Of a stretch of 64,000 bases of DNA, positions 39,776 to 51,800 are shown in pieces (position 1 is the stretch's first letter; each line of letters opens with the position of its first letter). The notes under the pieces are model-generated. The model saw only the letters and a list, made by a program, of their open reading frames with translations, ran no database searches and was not told the DNA's origin. Position numbers and translations under genes: made by a program. This DNA is from Guillardia theta CCMP2712 (Eukaryota; Protista; Cryptophyta): positions 783,741-847,740 of the forward strand of contig NW_005434665.1 in the NCBI RefSeq assembly GCF_000315625.1, in the 5' to 3' direction.

Positions 39776-41955
39776 TTAGTCTGAAGACCATGCATCCGAT
39801 TCCGAGTCGTTGGAAGAAGAGTCTCTCATGTTCTTCATCTTGGCCAGACCAGCTCCAACAAGTGCTGCAAGGAAGCATGTGACTGTCTCATACCTCACTC
39901 CAAGAATCTCTTTACCTAGGTTCATGTTCACGTTCTGAGCTTGCTCTGGCTTCTTCTCCTCATAGCTCACAGCCACCTACAGGAAGTTGAGAACAAGAAG
40001 CTTACACAGCATGCAGAGACAACCTTCTTGAGCATCCGCAGCTGCTTCTCCAGCGCCGCTTTCTCCAACACAGCCTGCACGTGCACACGCTCGGCTTTGG
40101 GCTTCATACTTTGTCCCAAATCTTCCTTCCCTCCTCCCTCGGAAAAGCCGGGGGGAGGAGGGGGCGGCGGAGGAGGGGGCGGCCCACCAACAATACCCGT
40201 TCCTGTACCAGGGGGAGGGGGAGGGGGAGGGGGCGGCGGAGGCGCACCACCATTTGCACCCATGCCGGGGGGAGGTGGGGGAGGGGGAGGGGGAGGAATT
40301 CCTGTAGCCACAGGTGCAGTGGTTGGTGGAGGGGGAGGGAGAGGAGCAGAAGCAGGTTGAAGAACAGGAGGAACCATGGCGGGGGCAGGCAATTGCTTTT
40401 CAGCATCATGTGCAGTCATGGACGATGTTGGAGGAGAGACAACGGAATCTGGTCTTTGAGGTTTTAGCTGGTCCGGTTGCTCGGATGGATTCCGGCTGGC
40501 AGGAGATGCTGAACTCCGCTCCTCAACCACAGCTGCTAACACTGCAGGAAACTTCTGTAAACGATACAAGGCAAGAGAGCACCGATACCTTCATGATGAG
40601 ATGATGGAAATTGGACTGGGACGTCCATGTAGGAGACAGGACGACTTTGAGCCTCTGCTAGAATGCGTCAGAGATGACAAGAACTGAGAAGCTTTCTTCA
40701 TAGACGCTCTCACCAGACCCTCCAGAAGATGTGCTCGCTACAGTAGACGCTGAGCTTTGAGTATCCTGAGGATGATGCTGCGAGTGACCGTATGTGCTTG
40801 CTCTTTCCTGCCATTCAATAGGGAAAAATCAGAAAATGTTAGAATTTCGACATTCGGATCTGATAAAAGAGCATCATCACTTGAGCGGGCAGAATCATCT
40901 TCTGTTCCGAACGAGCGTATGACGAAGCCAACGATGGATTGACATTGAAAATGCTGGGGATTTTTCACTGTCAGCGCATGGAGTGTACCGTACAGTCGTA
41001 GAGGGAATAGATGGTTTCACCTCAAATTGCAAAGATTTTGGCTGGCAGCAGCATCTACTTCATACTTGATGTCTTTGTGCTTGGTTGCCATCACTGGCAG
41101 GCCTGCAAGAAATGAATCATGAACTTGACAACCTCTCAACGATGCGGCTCCACCTGTTTGAGTTCTGATGAGGTCCCGGCAGTCGTCCATGACCACGAAT
41201 CGTTTCTTCTTGATTTCCTGGACGTTGGCCGCCACCTTGGATCGTTCATTCTCCTTCTGCTTCTTCATCTGCGGGTCCCGAAAGCTCAGAGTTGGCGCCG
41301 CAGGTTCACACATGTACCATCTCCTTTGCCTCCTTGTGATGTTGCTTCCTTGCAGTCTGCAACTCCATCTCTTCCTTTGCAATCTCGCGTTCCCATTCTC
41401 TCTTGAAGAATTGCGGATCCGAGTATGCTTCTTGATTCTCAACCTGAGGCTCTTGACGGCATCCATCCAACCTGCCCTGTATCCCCTGAGCCCACGCTGG
41501 AACACTGCGATCTTCGTCATAGAGGCTTGGCCAGGCTGTCATGGGGAGTTCGACAGGTTTATCTGGCAGTTCTGACCCATGCTCAATGACTGCAGGCAAG
41601 GTAAACACAGTGAGCGAAGAAGACACGAACCATACTCAACAGGTTTACCAAAGTTCAACGAGTCTTGCGCAGGGGAGAAGGTCTTGAGGTCTTCCTCGAG
41701 GAAGCCGACAGCCTGCTCTGCAGATCTAACTCGGCCTTCAAGGCTCATGATGCGACTCTGAGAAACATCGGCGCAATCGAGGATGTCCTGGAAGATGGCT
41801 GTTGTGGACCTCGTGAATTGTTCAAGTTGCCGCAGCAGCGCAACGGTGGAAGCAACGGTGGATACCCGTGGGTATCGACGACTCTGCTCCTCGTCTTGCA
41901 TTATCGGAGCAAAAACCTCGCTTTCCGATACAATGGAAGAGGCTGATTCCACCAT
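39776..41955 (-). CDS. SCAR/WAVE-family Arp2/3 activator
   Basis: N-terminal WAVE-homology region (ALLRQL..IF..SRIMSLEGRV; YSDPQFFKREW), a basic stretch, poly-Pro tracts, WH2-like ..QLRMLKK, and an acidic end SDSESDAWSSD with Trp. Confidence 0.78.
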
Positions 41956-42523
41956 TTCCCGTTGCAGCATTCTCGCTCTGGTGAACAAGGGCCCCGCGTT
42001 TAGCTAGACTTTGTCGTCGATCTTTATCCAACGCAGCCACTCTTGAGCTAAATCTTGCTTGCCTCTTCCTTTCTTCACCACCTCCACGTCCTCCTCTTCT
42101 TCTCTTTCCCCCTCTCCTCTCCTCTCCTCTTTTCTTTCCCCGTTGCCTTTTCCTCCCGAAAGCGCTTCCGCTACACCCGCCGCATGGCAGCAGGCAAAAG
42201 TTCTTGAGGTGGAACTTAGTGGCTGTTCTGTATGAGGAACATTTATCAAAATGGACGACCCTACCCCACCCAAATTCTCTTTTACTGCAACTGTACCAGA
42301 CTTTTGCAGGGGTGGTCGCCAAATTCCAAAAATGGCAGGGTGGGTTACAGAATAATTGATAGGGGTGGAGGTACTATTCATGGTAGGATATCTGGTGTAG
42401 TATCGGTAGTAGGGCCATTTCTTCAGTACGGTGGGTAGGCTTCGGAATTCTATCTCGTGGGTGGGTGGTCGGTCCTGGATTTCAGAGAGGGGGTGGGGGT
42501 GGATGGGATTGTGAAAGGGCAGC

Positions 42524-44280
42524 ATGGTTGGGGGAAGCAGGAGTATGGTGCTCATGGTGGTGATGATGCTCGTAGCGAGCGCAAGCTGCGTGTCCATTCA
42601 CAAGATTGGCACGGTGAAGGAGACTGGCACGGTGAAGGAGTCCGACAAAGTAGCTCGCGGTGATGTGAACGAGTACTTCGCTGAGGAAACGAACAAGGAG
42701 ATCGTGAAGACTATGGAGGATTTCAAGGCAGGCCATGACTGGGATGTTGGATCGCTCCCTTGTGAGACTGGCCCTGTCCACTTCCAACTGGCATGTAAGT
42801 CAGTCAGCTTTGCCAGAAGAAACCGTGGCAGGACCGTACCATTCAGGGTCAAGAATGGCCAGGTGAAGAAAGACTCTCAGTTGTTCTCAGAGAAGTTCCG
42901 CCCTGAGGAGTCCCGCCACTTCAACGTGGCAGCATCATCCTCGTTTCAAGCACAGACCTCCATGACCTTCGACCTCCATTACGCTGACGGCAGCCACTTG
43001 CGCGGCTTTGGAGGCAAGGATGTAGTGCAACTCGGTGATTACGATGCCAACGCCCCTTTCGGGGTTATCACCGATTGTAACAGCCCGGATTTCAACGGCG
43101 TTGACGGGATTCTTGGGTTCGGTCTACCACGTGCTAACAACAACATGCCTTACCCCATCCTGTTCTCCATCACAGAACAGAACACAGACCTTCTCAGAAA
43201 GTTCACGTTCTTCTCAACGGACGATGCTGCCGAGGTCCAGCTTGGAGGGTACGATCCTTCCAGTACGGCTGGCACAATGTGGTATGTTCCAGCCATGGCG
43301 AAAGATGATTTCATTGTGGGGACGACATCCTTGAAGTTCGGTGACAACCTCAACAGCGCAGTCGAACTGCTGAAGTTCAAGAGCACTGCACAGCAGAAGG
43401 TCGGTATGCCATCGATCTTGGATTCTGGCACTTCCTGCCTCGTCATTCCAGGGGACCGCGGCGGCGGCGTGCTCACCAACATTCCTTGGGATGACTTTGC
43501 CAAGAACTGGAAGAGGGGGCGATCCTTCTGGTTGGAGATTGGACAGAAGACCTGGGAGATCCCGTTCTCGTCGTGGTACCTGGCGGATACTGAGCAGACT
43601 TGCGTCCAGCCCTCTCCGGAGGGCATGCAGGGTCTGTTGATCGGCGACGTCTTCTTCCGGGAATATATCGTCGAGTTTGACATGACTGAATCCCGTCCTA
43701 TTCTGGGTATCGCTCCCTTGAACAAGCATTACAGCCTGGTGAACAAGAACACGCTTGAGTCCCTTGAGGTGGACGTTGCTCCCAAGAGCAAGCTGTCCCT
43801 TATCAAGGGCGCGCAAGTGATGTACCCTGCTGAACATGAGGCAAAGTTGGCCAACGTCGACAGGATTCCTATCGAGAACAGCATGGGAACTCAGTATTTT
43901 ATGGATTTGAAGATTGGCACACCCAAACAAACCTTCACTGTAATCTTCGACACTGGTTCAACTGTCTTCGGAGTATTTACATGGAAGAATAATTTGCCGA
44001 AGGACATCAAGGACAAGCTTCCAAGCTACTACTTCTCCCAGAATCTTTACGGTTTGGAGCAAGTCAAGGTTTCCTCGAGCTCCAATTATTCCAGCATTTT
44101 TTCTGTCAAGGGTGTCTTCATCCTGGCCTGTGTAAACATAGCACTGCTTGCATCGATCAATGTTCTGCTCCGCAGGTTTGAACTTACTTTGGTTCCTTGT
44201 TTTCTGACCTCCTGACTTCTCCCAGGCATCGCCGACGGTCGTACCAGGCAACGGCGAGCGAAACAAGTCCACTGATCTAG
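42524..44280 (+). CDS. Pepsin-family (A1) aspartic protease with permuted motif order, signal peptide and C-terminal TM anchor
   Basis: Flap LHYADGS, DGILGFG, ILDSGTS, LIGDVFFREYIVEFD, then QYFMDLKIGTPKQTFTVIFDTGS and a TM segment. One 3' intron leads to the tail RHRRRSYQATASETSPLI-TAG at 44280. Confidence 0.9.
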
Positions 44281-44444
44281 ATTTGAAGGCTTCTGTGTCG
44301 TTCATTGATAAAGACAACATTTGGGGATGATTATGATGATGGTGCACGAATCAGGTACCGTAAAGATGGTGGTACTCGTAATTTGTGTAGCACAGGAGTG
44401 CAGATGAGAAGGACTTGTTAAGATGAGGAGTTGGCATCAGATCA

Positions 44445-45437
44445 GTTTCCACCTCTGATTGAGAGAGCAAGCTCTGCTGTGTTTGCTTTACTATGTGAAT
44501 CGTCACCAACTAATTCTCATGACGACTTGTTGGAATGGTAACGACGAACATCGAGAGGGGCAGCCTTGGTCTACGCACAGAAACAGTGAGTGCCGCACTC
44601 CTACTGAATTTTGATGATGAATCACCATTGCATCGGCGCGATCGTACTTGGTAGCTCCTGCCTTGAACTCGTTTGTACCGGGGGCACTGGAACAGAGTCA
44701 TTTACCAACCAGGTTGTGACACTAAGACGTCATGCATGCAGTCTCCTTGCGCGGCAATCTCATCTACACCATCAACTTACCGATACATCCATCCATCCGC
44801 TCGCCTCCTGGCCTGCTTGGCAGTATCATCATCCTAGATGACGTGTCAGCATTCGTGGGACAAACACGCTCCATCTGTTGCCTTGATACAACCAGCTCCA
44901 TCCGTGGCAGGAAAGCCGAAGGTGCGCTTGAAGGTCTAACATAGGATCACGACAATCAACCCCGATCTTGAGCAGGTGCATTCTAACCTTTCGGGATTCG
45001 CAGACCATGCTCATACCACTAAGAGCATTCTTGGGGGTTTGGCGAAGGCCTTAGGAACGGGTGGTTAAATTTCGACGAACCCACACAAGGACAAAAAACT
45101 GGAAGGAGAAACAGACACAAGAGGAAAACAAGAGTAGATACACTCGCTTGTAGGCGAGGAAGGCAGGACGATTGATCCATGTTTCAGACACAATCACATA
45201 CATACACAGATGAATCAGTTATCCACAAGTAGCAAACGACAATCAAACGTTTCCCCACCCAACGTTTCCACCCTCTGGGGGCTGCATAACACAGGCGAGC
45301 AGACAAAACGCCAACGGAAAGACATGCATGCCATGAGGCAAGGGAACTTGAAGTAGAACTCTTGTACCACCTGGGGATGGGGTGGGCGCGAAGGCGGAGG
45401 CAGCGGCAACAAGAGCACAGCCAAGGATGAAGCGCAT
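44445..45437 (-). CDS. Small plastid-targeted protein of unknown function
   Basis: MRFILGCALVAAASA-FAP bipartite leader, transit-like GLRQTPKNALSGMSM, and several tiny exons. The 3' exon structure is tentative. Confidence 0.65.
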
Positions 45438-45693
45438 GCTGGCGTCCTTTCAATCTCCCAACTTTCTCGGCGGGTGTGATGTGAATATAGACCATTGCAT
45501 GAATTTTAAAGACTAAAGCGAAATAATTCTATTATTTTTCAAAAACACAAACAAAAAATACAAAAAATACAACCTAATTATTGCCCTTGCGGAAAGCGAA
45601 GGGGGTGGGGGCCGGGGAGGGGGGGCAGGAGAGGCCGATCCCCTATGTGAGGCAGAAGGAAAAAGAGGCAGGTAGGGAGGGGTGGTGGCAGGC

Positions 45694-45698
45694 AAAAA
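45694..45698 (-). terminator. Probable Pol III oligo-T terminator of tRNA-Phe
   Basis: T5 run on the minus strand about 40 nt downstream of the tRNA. Confidence 0.5.
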
Positions 45699-45738
45699 GA
45701 AGGCGCACACTTTGGTTGCAGAAGCCATATTCAGCTTC

Positions 45739-45811
45739 TGGGCTCGCCGTGGATCGAACACAGGACCTTTAGATCTTCAGTCTAACGCGCTCCCAACTGC
45801 GCCACAAACCC
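45739..45811 (-). tRNA. tRNA-Phe (GAA), intronless
   Basis: GGGTTTG TG GCGC AGTTGGGA GCGC G TTAGA CTGAAGA TCTAA AGGTC CTGTG TTCGATC CACGG CGAGCCC A folds into a full 73-nt cloverleaf. Confidence 0.97.
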
Positions 45812-45842
45812 TTGCGCCTTGCATATGAGGTCACGAGCAAGG

Positions 45843-45850
45843 TTTATATA
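45843..45850 (-). promoter_or_regulatory. TATA box upstream of tRNA-Phe
   Basis: TATATAAA at about -32 to -39 from the mature tRNA 5' end. Confidence 0.5.
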
Positions 45851-46205
45851 CAGTGGATAGCCCGCAGCCGCTGACTCACGAGTCAGCCAGTCACGTGGCC
45901 CCCCGGCGACCGTTTAGCCGCCCCGTCACTGTCCGGCCCGGCCCGAGACTCTCCGATTACTGCGCCGTGACCGTAGCTGCCGACAGTCACTGAGTGTCAG
46001 GACGGTTAAGCCTCCTCGGAGGCTCTACACCTGATTGTCCTCTAGCAATGATTCGAACACCGGCGTAGATCAACTGGATGATGGCTCAGAGTCCCGGAGT
46101 CCGGTGGAAACCGAGTTTGTTTTTTGTAAGGTTTTTTTTCCTGACTTTCTTTCTTTTACAAGGACGGTTTACAGGAGAACGTCGTGGAGTTCTTGGCACG
46201 GCAGC

Positions 46206-47782
46206 ATGGCGGCAATTCCTTCGGGGAGGGGGAGCGCAGCGTGGTTGATGTGCGCCTGGGCTCTCACGTGCTCATGGTCCAGCAAGACAGCCTCTGCATT
46301 CTGCCTCCGATCGCATCAACCGTTTCTCCGTCCAACGAGGACACATGGCTCGCAAGGGTGTAGTTCAAGGGTGGCATTCGGGACCTTTGGCGCACATTCA
46401 CGCAGGACGAGGGCGGACATGAGATGGATAGCGAGTGTCGCAGGATCGTCGAAGAAGACAGCCATCGTCACCAACGACAACCACAAGAGGCACAATGGCT
46501 TCATGCATCCTGAATGCCCACAGAGGGTGGATCGCATGTGGGAGGAGATGCGCAAACAGGGGATCGCTGACTCGTGCACGGTCCTCGAGAATCGTCTTGC
46601 TGAGGACAAGGAGATCGAGCTGGTGCACGATAAGAATTATGTGGAATCCATCCTGTCAGGGAGCCCAGAGATCGATGGTAGCACTTACTTCCATAAGAAG
46701 GACTCGGCCTCTGCGAATGCGGCCAGGTCGGCTGCTGGCGCCGTGATCGATGCGGTGGAGGCTGTGTGCAAAGGAGAGGCGAGGAACAGCTTCTGTGCTG
46801 TCAGGCCACCGGGACATCATGCTGAGAGGGATCGCATGATGGGATTCTGCATATTCAACAGGTGAAACTGCTTGACTCCACTCTTATCGATCGTTGCTTG
46901 AGATGGCGATAACTTTATAGCTGACTGCTTTGATTGGCAGCGTCGCCATCGCTGCGGAGAAGGCGAAGAAAGATTGGGGCTGCAACAAGGTGTTGATCTT
47001 CGACTGGGACGTGCACCATGGTAATGGAATCCAACACATCTTCTACGAGGACCCCAGCGTCCTTTATATCTCCATCCACCGAGGAGGTATGGATAAGTCT
47101 TTCTTCTACCCCACCACGGGCACAGCAGGGGAGGTTGGCAGGGGAGAAGGGAGAGGGTTCAACGTTAACATTCCGGTGGAGTTTCCTGGGGTCGGAGATC
47201 CCGTCTACTCCGTCGCCATGGAGCGGATCGTTCTACCCATCGCTCATGCCTTCAAGGTGATCCTTCACCTCTCCCCTGCCGTTGGATGACTCGTTGTGCC
47301 TTCAGCCGGACATCGTCATCGTCAGCGCCGGGTATGACGCTGCCGGTGGCGACCCCCTCGGCGGGATGAACGTCAGCCCGGCCATGTTCCGGAAGATGAC
47401 GAAGCAGATGATGGAAGTGGCCAACCAGCATTGCGATGGCAAGATCGTGTTGGCGCTGGAGGTGCCCTCCTGCTGCAACCCCCCTCCCCCTCGCCATTGT
47501 GGCCACTCACACCGTGCGCGCAGGGAGGCTACGATGTCGATGTCACTGCGGACTGTGCGGTTGAATGCCTCAAGGTGAATGAGTTGGCTTTCTGTTTGAT
47601 CGCAGACTGAGCCACATGTGCAGGAGCTTGTCGGATTGGATGACGAGGTGAAGGAGGAAGAAGACATTGCCCTGAGCCCGTGGGCTGCTGCGGAGTTGCA
47701 GTGGGTGAAACCGTCGATGGATAGAGTCATCGAGATTCAGTCAGAGTTCTGGCCGCAGCTGAAGCAGGAATCTGCCAAGTGA
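46206..47782 (+). CDS. Class II-like histone/lysine deacetylase with ASA-F bipartite leader
   Basis: HPECPQRV, RPPGHHAE..MGFCIFN, DWDVHHGNG, VSAGYDAAGGDPLG, LEGGY. Leader ...WALTCSWSSKTASA-FCL. Confidence 0.92.
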
Positions 47783-48895
47783 TTCAGCGCAGACCAGGGA
47801 CCTTTGGGAGAGAAGGGTTCCTGAAAGTTTTTTCCATGCTGCTCTCTTTGCTCGATGTTGTGAAATCAACGGATTTCTTGGAATAAAGAGTTTTTCTGTA
47901 CCGAACAGAGACTTTCAACTGGGGCCGACAGTCTTCATGGTCTCGAATCTTGACGATGCCTCCTCTCCTCTCCCCTCCTCTCCCCTCCTCTCCCCTCCTC
48001 TCCCCTCCTCTCCCCTCCTCTCCCCTCCCCTCCGTTCCTCCCCTCCTCTCCTCGATCCTCTTCGCTCCTGACGTCCTCTCCCTCTATCTCGCCCATCGCC
48101 CCGACATAATTCATTTTTCCGTCAGGTCCGAACATTCTAGCGGAATATGCCGAACGATGAAAACTATTCGGAAGTGGGTAGGGGGTACATGAGTACCCCA
48201 CCATACATAAAGATAATTGTCTAGTCACTAGGGGTAATTTACTCCAAGGTGGGGTGGGTGCAAAGGTTATTATGCGGTGCATCTTTCATGGGACGAGGAA
48301 AGGCGGGGGAGAGGAGGGAGGAGGGAGAGGGAAGGAGGGAGGGAGCGGGAAGATCAGACAGAAGAAGAGGTGCAATGGGATGAGATTGCGATGCGTTTGA
48401 GTTGGAAGAAGTTGGAGAGGGAGGATAGATCTCTGAGTAAGGCGAACAGACAGAGGGCACCTTACGAGAGAGTGAAAATGCCATGGAGGAAGCTCGACAG
48501 TGATTAAGGCACAAGGCACTCAGTAACTTCGAGGAGGGAGATAGAAAGAAGGAATCTGGTAGGAGAGATAGAGAGATGGCAATCATCCCAGAGTGTACTT
48601 GTTCGACGCAGCAAAGCAAACTCACTGTAACGAGAAGAGTTGGCTTGTAAAGGAAAAGGCACATAGCTATGAACAATAGTATTGCTTATCATGCGGATCC
48701 GCTTTCAATATGAAGTATTTTCACAGCCATGATATGAAACATTGATTGAGAATAGATGAGAAATGATATGCATCAAACATCGTTGTTGACCCGATTCGCA
48801 GGCCATGTTGTTGATTCGTGCCAGGGTCTCATGACTTTGTGATTTTTCTGAGCCAACCTTGGGGAATTTTGCTGATCGAGTCATCACTTGAAAAG

Positions 48896-51800
48896 ATGGA
48901 GATCGAACAGTTCGAGGACTTGCTCAAGACGATGGTTGATCTTGAAAAACAAGAGCAGGAACGGCAACAGGCAAGGCAGATCGTTGAGAACATTCTCGAT
49001 TGCGTCTTGCAAACGAACGTTTCTCATGAGCAGAGAAAGAAAGCTGAGGAGTGTGTAAACAATCTGGCGAATCCAGTGAATCTGAACATTACAAATGATG
49101 CTATTCTCGCTCAATCTCTGTCCGACAACTTCACCAGAAAGCAAATCGCCATTCAGAAACGCCTTGCACAACTGCAATACATTCTTGATAACTCGACGTC
49201 TCACTATGCTCAGGCTGTTGCTTGCAACAGTTTGTCGCTGCTTGTCACAAACAATTGGAATGAGAAGATGATTCCCTACACAGAAATTAAGAATTATGCT
49301 CTCAGTTTCTTGTTCACGCACGCCACAGACCCGAACTGCCCACCTTTCGTGAAGCAAGGGATGGTCAGGCTGCTCTCGAGGGTTGCTAGGTTGTGCCGAG
49401 TGAGCAATGGGCCTGACTGTGCGATCATGAATGATCTGAGCAAGATGTTTGAGACGTCGGTGGAACATTTCATCCTGGGGATGCGAATATTGCTGGATTA
49501 CGTAGAGGAAATTGTCGCAAAGGCTGGAGAGGTTTCTTTCTTGCACCGGAGGATGTTCTTTTATTCCGATTTGACGACCATCTTGAAGTTTGCTCTGGAA
49601 TCTGTTCGCAAGTACTTCTCGAACATGAGCTCAGAAAACGATAAGTTGCTCCTGGACTCTGCTCTAGAACTTACCGTCCGCTGCCTGACTAGTCCGGATG
49701 CAGACAGGACGTACGACAAGGACGAGATGGATCTCGGCCGGGGGCTGATCCTTGCCAAGTGGAGCCCCTTCATCACTCAGATGGAGCTGATCGACATGTT
49801 CATCGTCATGTACGGCTCGCTGGATGCTCCGATCTCGACGCGGGCCCTGACGATATTGCTCTTCATCTCATCGCTGAGACCCGGCATGTACCGATCTATC
49901 GCAGACTTCCAGAATGCCACCAAGAGGATCATCATGGGGATCGGGCAGATTCTCAAGAACAGGAAGGAGCTCGACAACCCCAACAACCTCGACATCTTCT
50001 GCAGGTTCTTGAGCGAGTTCGGACAAGTCTGTATCATCTGGAAGTACATCCCGAAGAACGAGTGTAACGAGTTCATCGAGATGGCATCATCGCTGACCCT
50101 CGCAATCTTGCGGGAGCTGGAGCCCCCTCCCAACAGCGTCTACCACCTTCTCCACTTCTGGTGTAGGCTGGCCGTGTCCGAGATGGGGCGAGGGAGGAGC
50201 TCGCCGCGATCTCCCGATCTTCAGATCGTGCACGAGGAGATTGAAGAGGCGGACGATAACCTCGGGGACCTCTACGATGTGCTAGAGCGAACTCTGCCCG
50301 CCATCGTCTACACGTACATCACTGGGAGGATCGAGTGCATTCAAGCTGCTGCATCTGGTGGCGCTGACAACCCCTTGGAGGACATCGACTCGCTGGAAAA
50401 CCAGCTGGAGCTGATCCCGATCCTTTGCACCATCCGGTACGAGAAGATCGGAGGGCAGCTGTTCGAAATGATCGACCACTTCTACAACGTCTACGAGGCC
50501 GCCTTTAGCAGCTCCAACCAGGTGCAGCTGGAAGTGCTGGAGATGCAGATTGCATGGATGATCCGGTTGTGTTCTGCCATCGTGGGAGGCCACTACACGG
50601 TGAGGGCAGGGAGCTTCCGCTCCTTCGACATCAACCCCATTATCGAGACGACGCTGCAGGAGGGAGAGGAGCTGGTGGACGCAGAGCTGATAGGAAAGGT
50701 CTTCAGGCTGATGATGCTGATCCAGAGAAGAATCTCAGTCTCCAACACCCAGGACAAGTGCGACTACAGGCTGGAGCTTGCCGTCCTCACTTTCCTGGAG
50801 AAGCTCAAGCTGGGCCTCCTGTATGTGGACAGGACCCTTGCAGAGCAGAAAGAGGACACAGGGCAGATCCCGGAGTACCTGCCCTCGTTCCTCCGACGGC
50901 TGGTGATCAGGCGACCGAAACCCATCCTGACGCAAGACATGCACATTGAAATCTTCAAACGGATCGGTTTCAACGATCACATGGAGGTGATCAACATGAT
51001 GCTGGGGAAGCTGCTGGAGAACCTACAGGTCTGGGGCCACAACTCGATGGTGGTCAAGGAGACCCTCCACCTGCTGGGGATCATCATCCACGGTACATCA
51101 GGGGAGGGAACATTGTCAATGCTGCTGGAGATTGAGACGATCAAGGGTCTGATGAAGAATCACGCAGCTGTATCGTCCTCATTCCTCAACTATCCCGCTA
51201 ACGCAAAGAATCGCACCAATTACTACCTGACCATCACGCAGCTCTTCTTGCTGGAGGAGGACGACGCAGAGGCGTCTGGATCTTTTGAGACGTTTCTTGA
51301 GCCCACCATCACGACGCTGGTTCAGCTCAAGAACACGGCGAACTTGCGGACGGACGAGGCTCGCTTCGCCATCATCGGGGTCGCTAGGGATCTTCGAGGG
51401 ATCGCATGCGCAACGGACGGGAAACTCTTCCACGTGCTGTTTGACATGATGTTCCCTGCCTGTCAAAACGTGTTCGCTCGCTGCCTCGAATGCTGGGCGG
51501 ACGATCCAGCCGTCTGCATCGCTGTCCTCAAGATGTGGATGGAGATCGCTTCCAATGCCAGAAATCGCATCTCCTTCGATGCCGGAATCCCCGCCGGCCT
51601 CGTCATCTTCAAGGAGCTGGCCATGACCATCATCGTCTACTGCCGCTACCTGCTGTCCAAGGGCCCCAACTCTGGCGGCATGGACCCCTACAACAACCGT
51701 TACAAGTGCATCGGAATCTGTATGCTGAGCATGACGCTCGCACTCTCCGGGGAGTACGTTGGATTTGGCGCCTTCTCCATGTACGGGGACAGCGTGGTGG

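Noticed and set aside
42730-42775. WDVGS or CETGP as the protease's N-lobe catalytic motif
   Set aside because: Neither has the hydrophobic-hydrophobic-D-T/S-G-S/T context or the preceding GTP strand, while a full motif exists at 43949.
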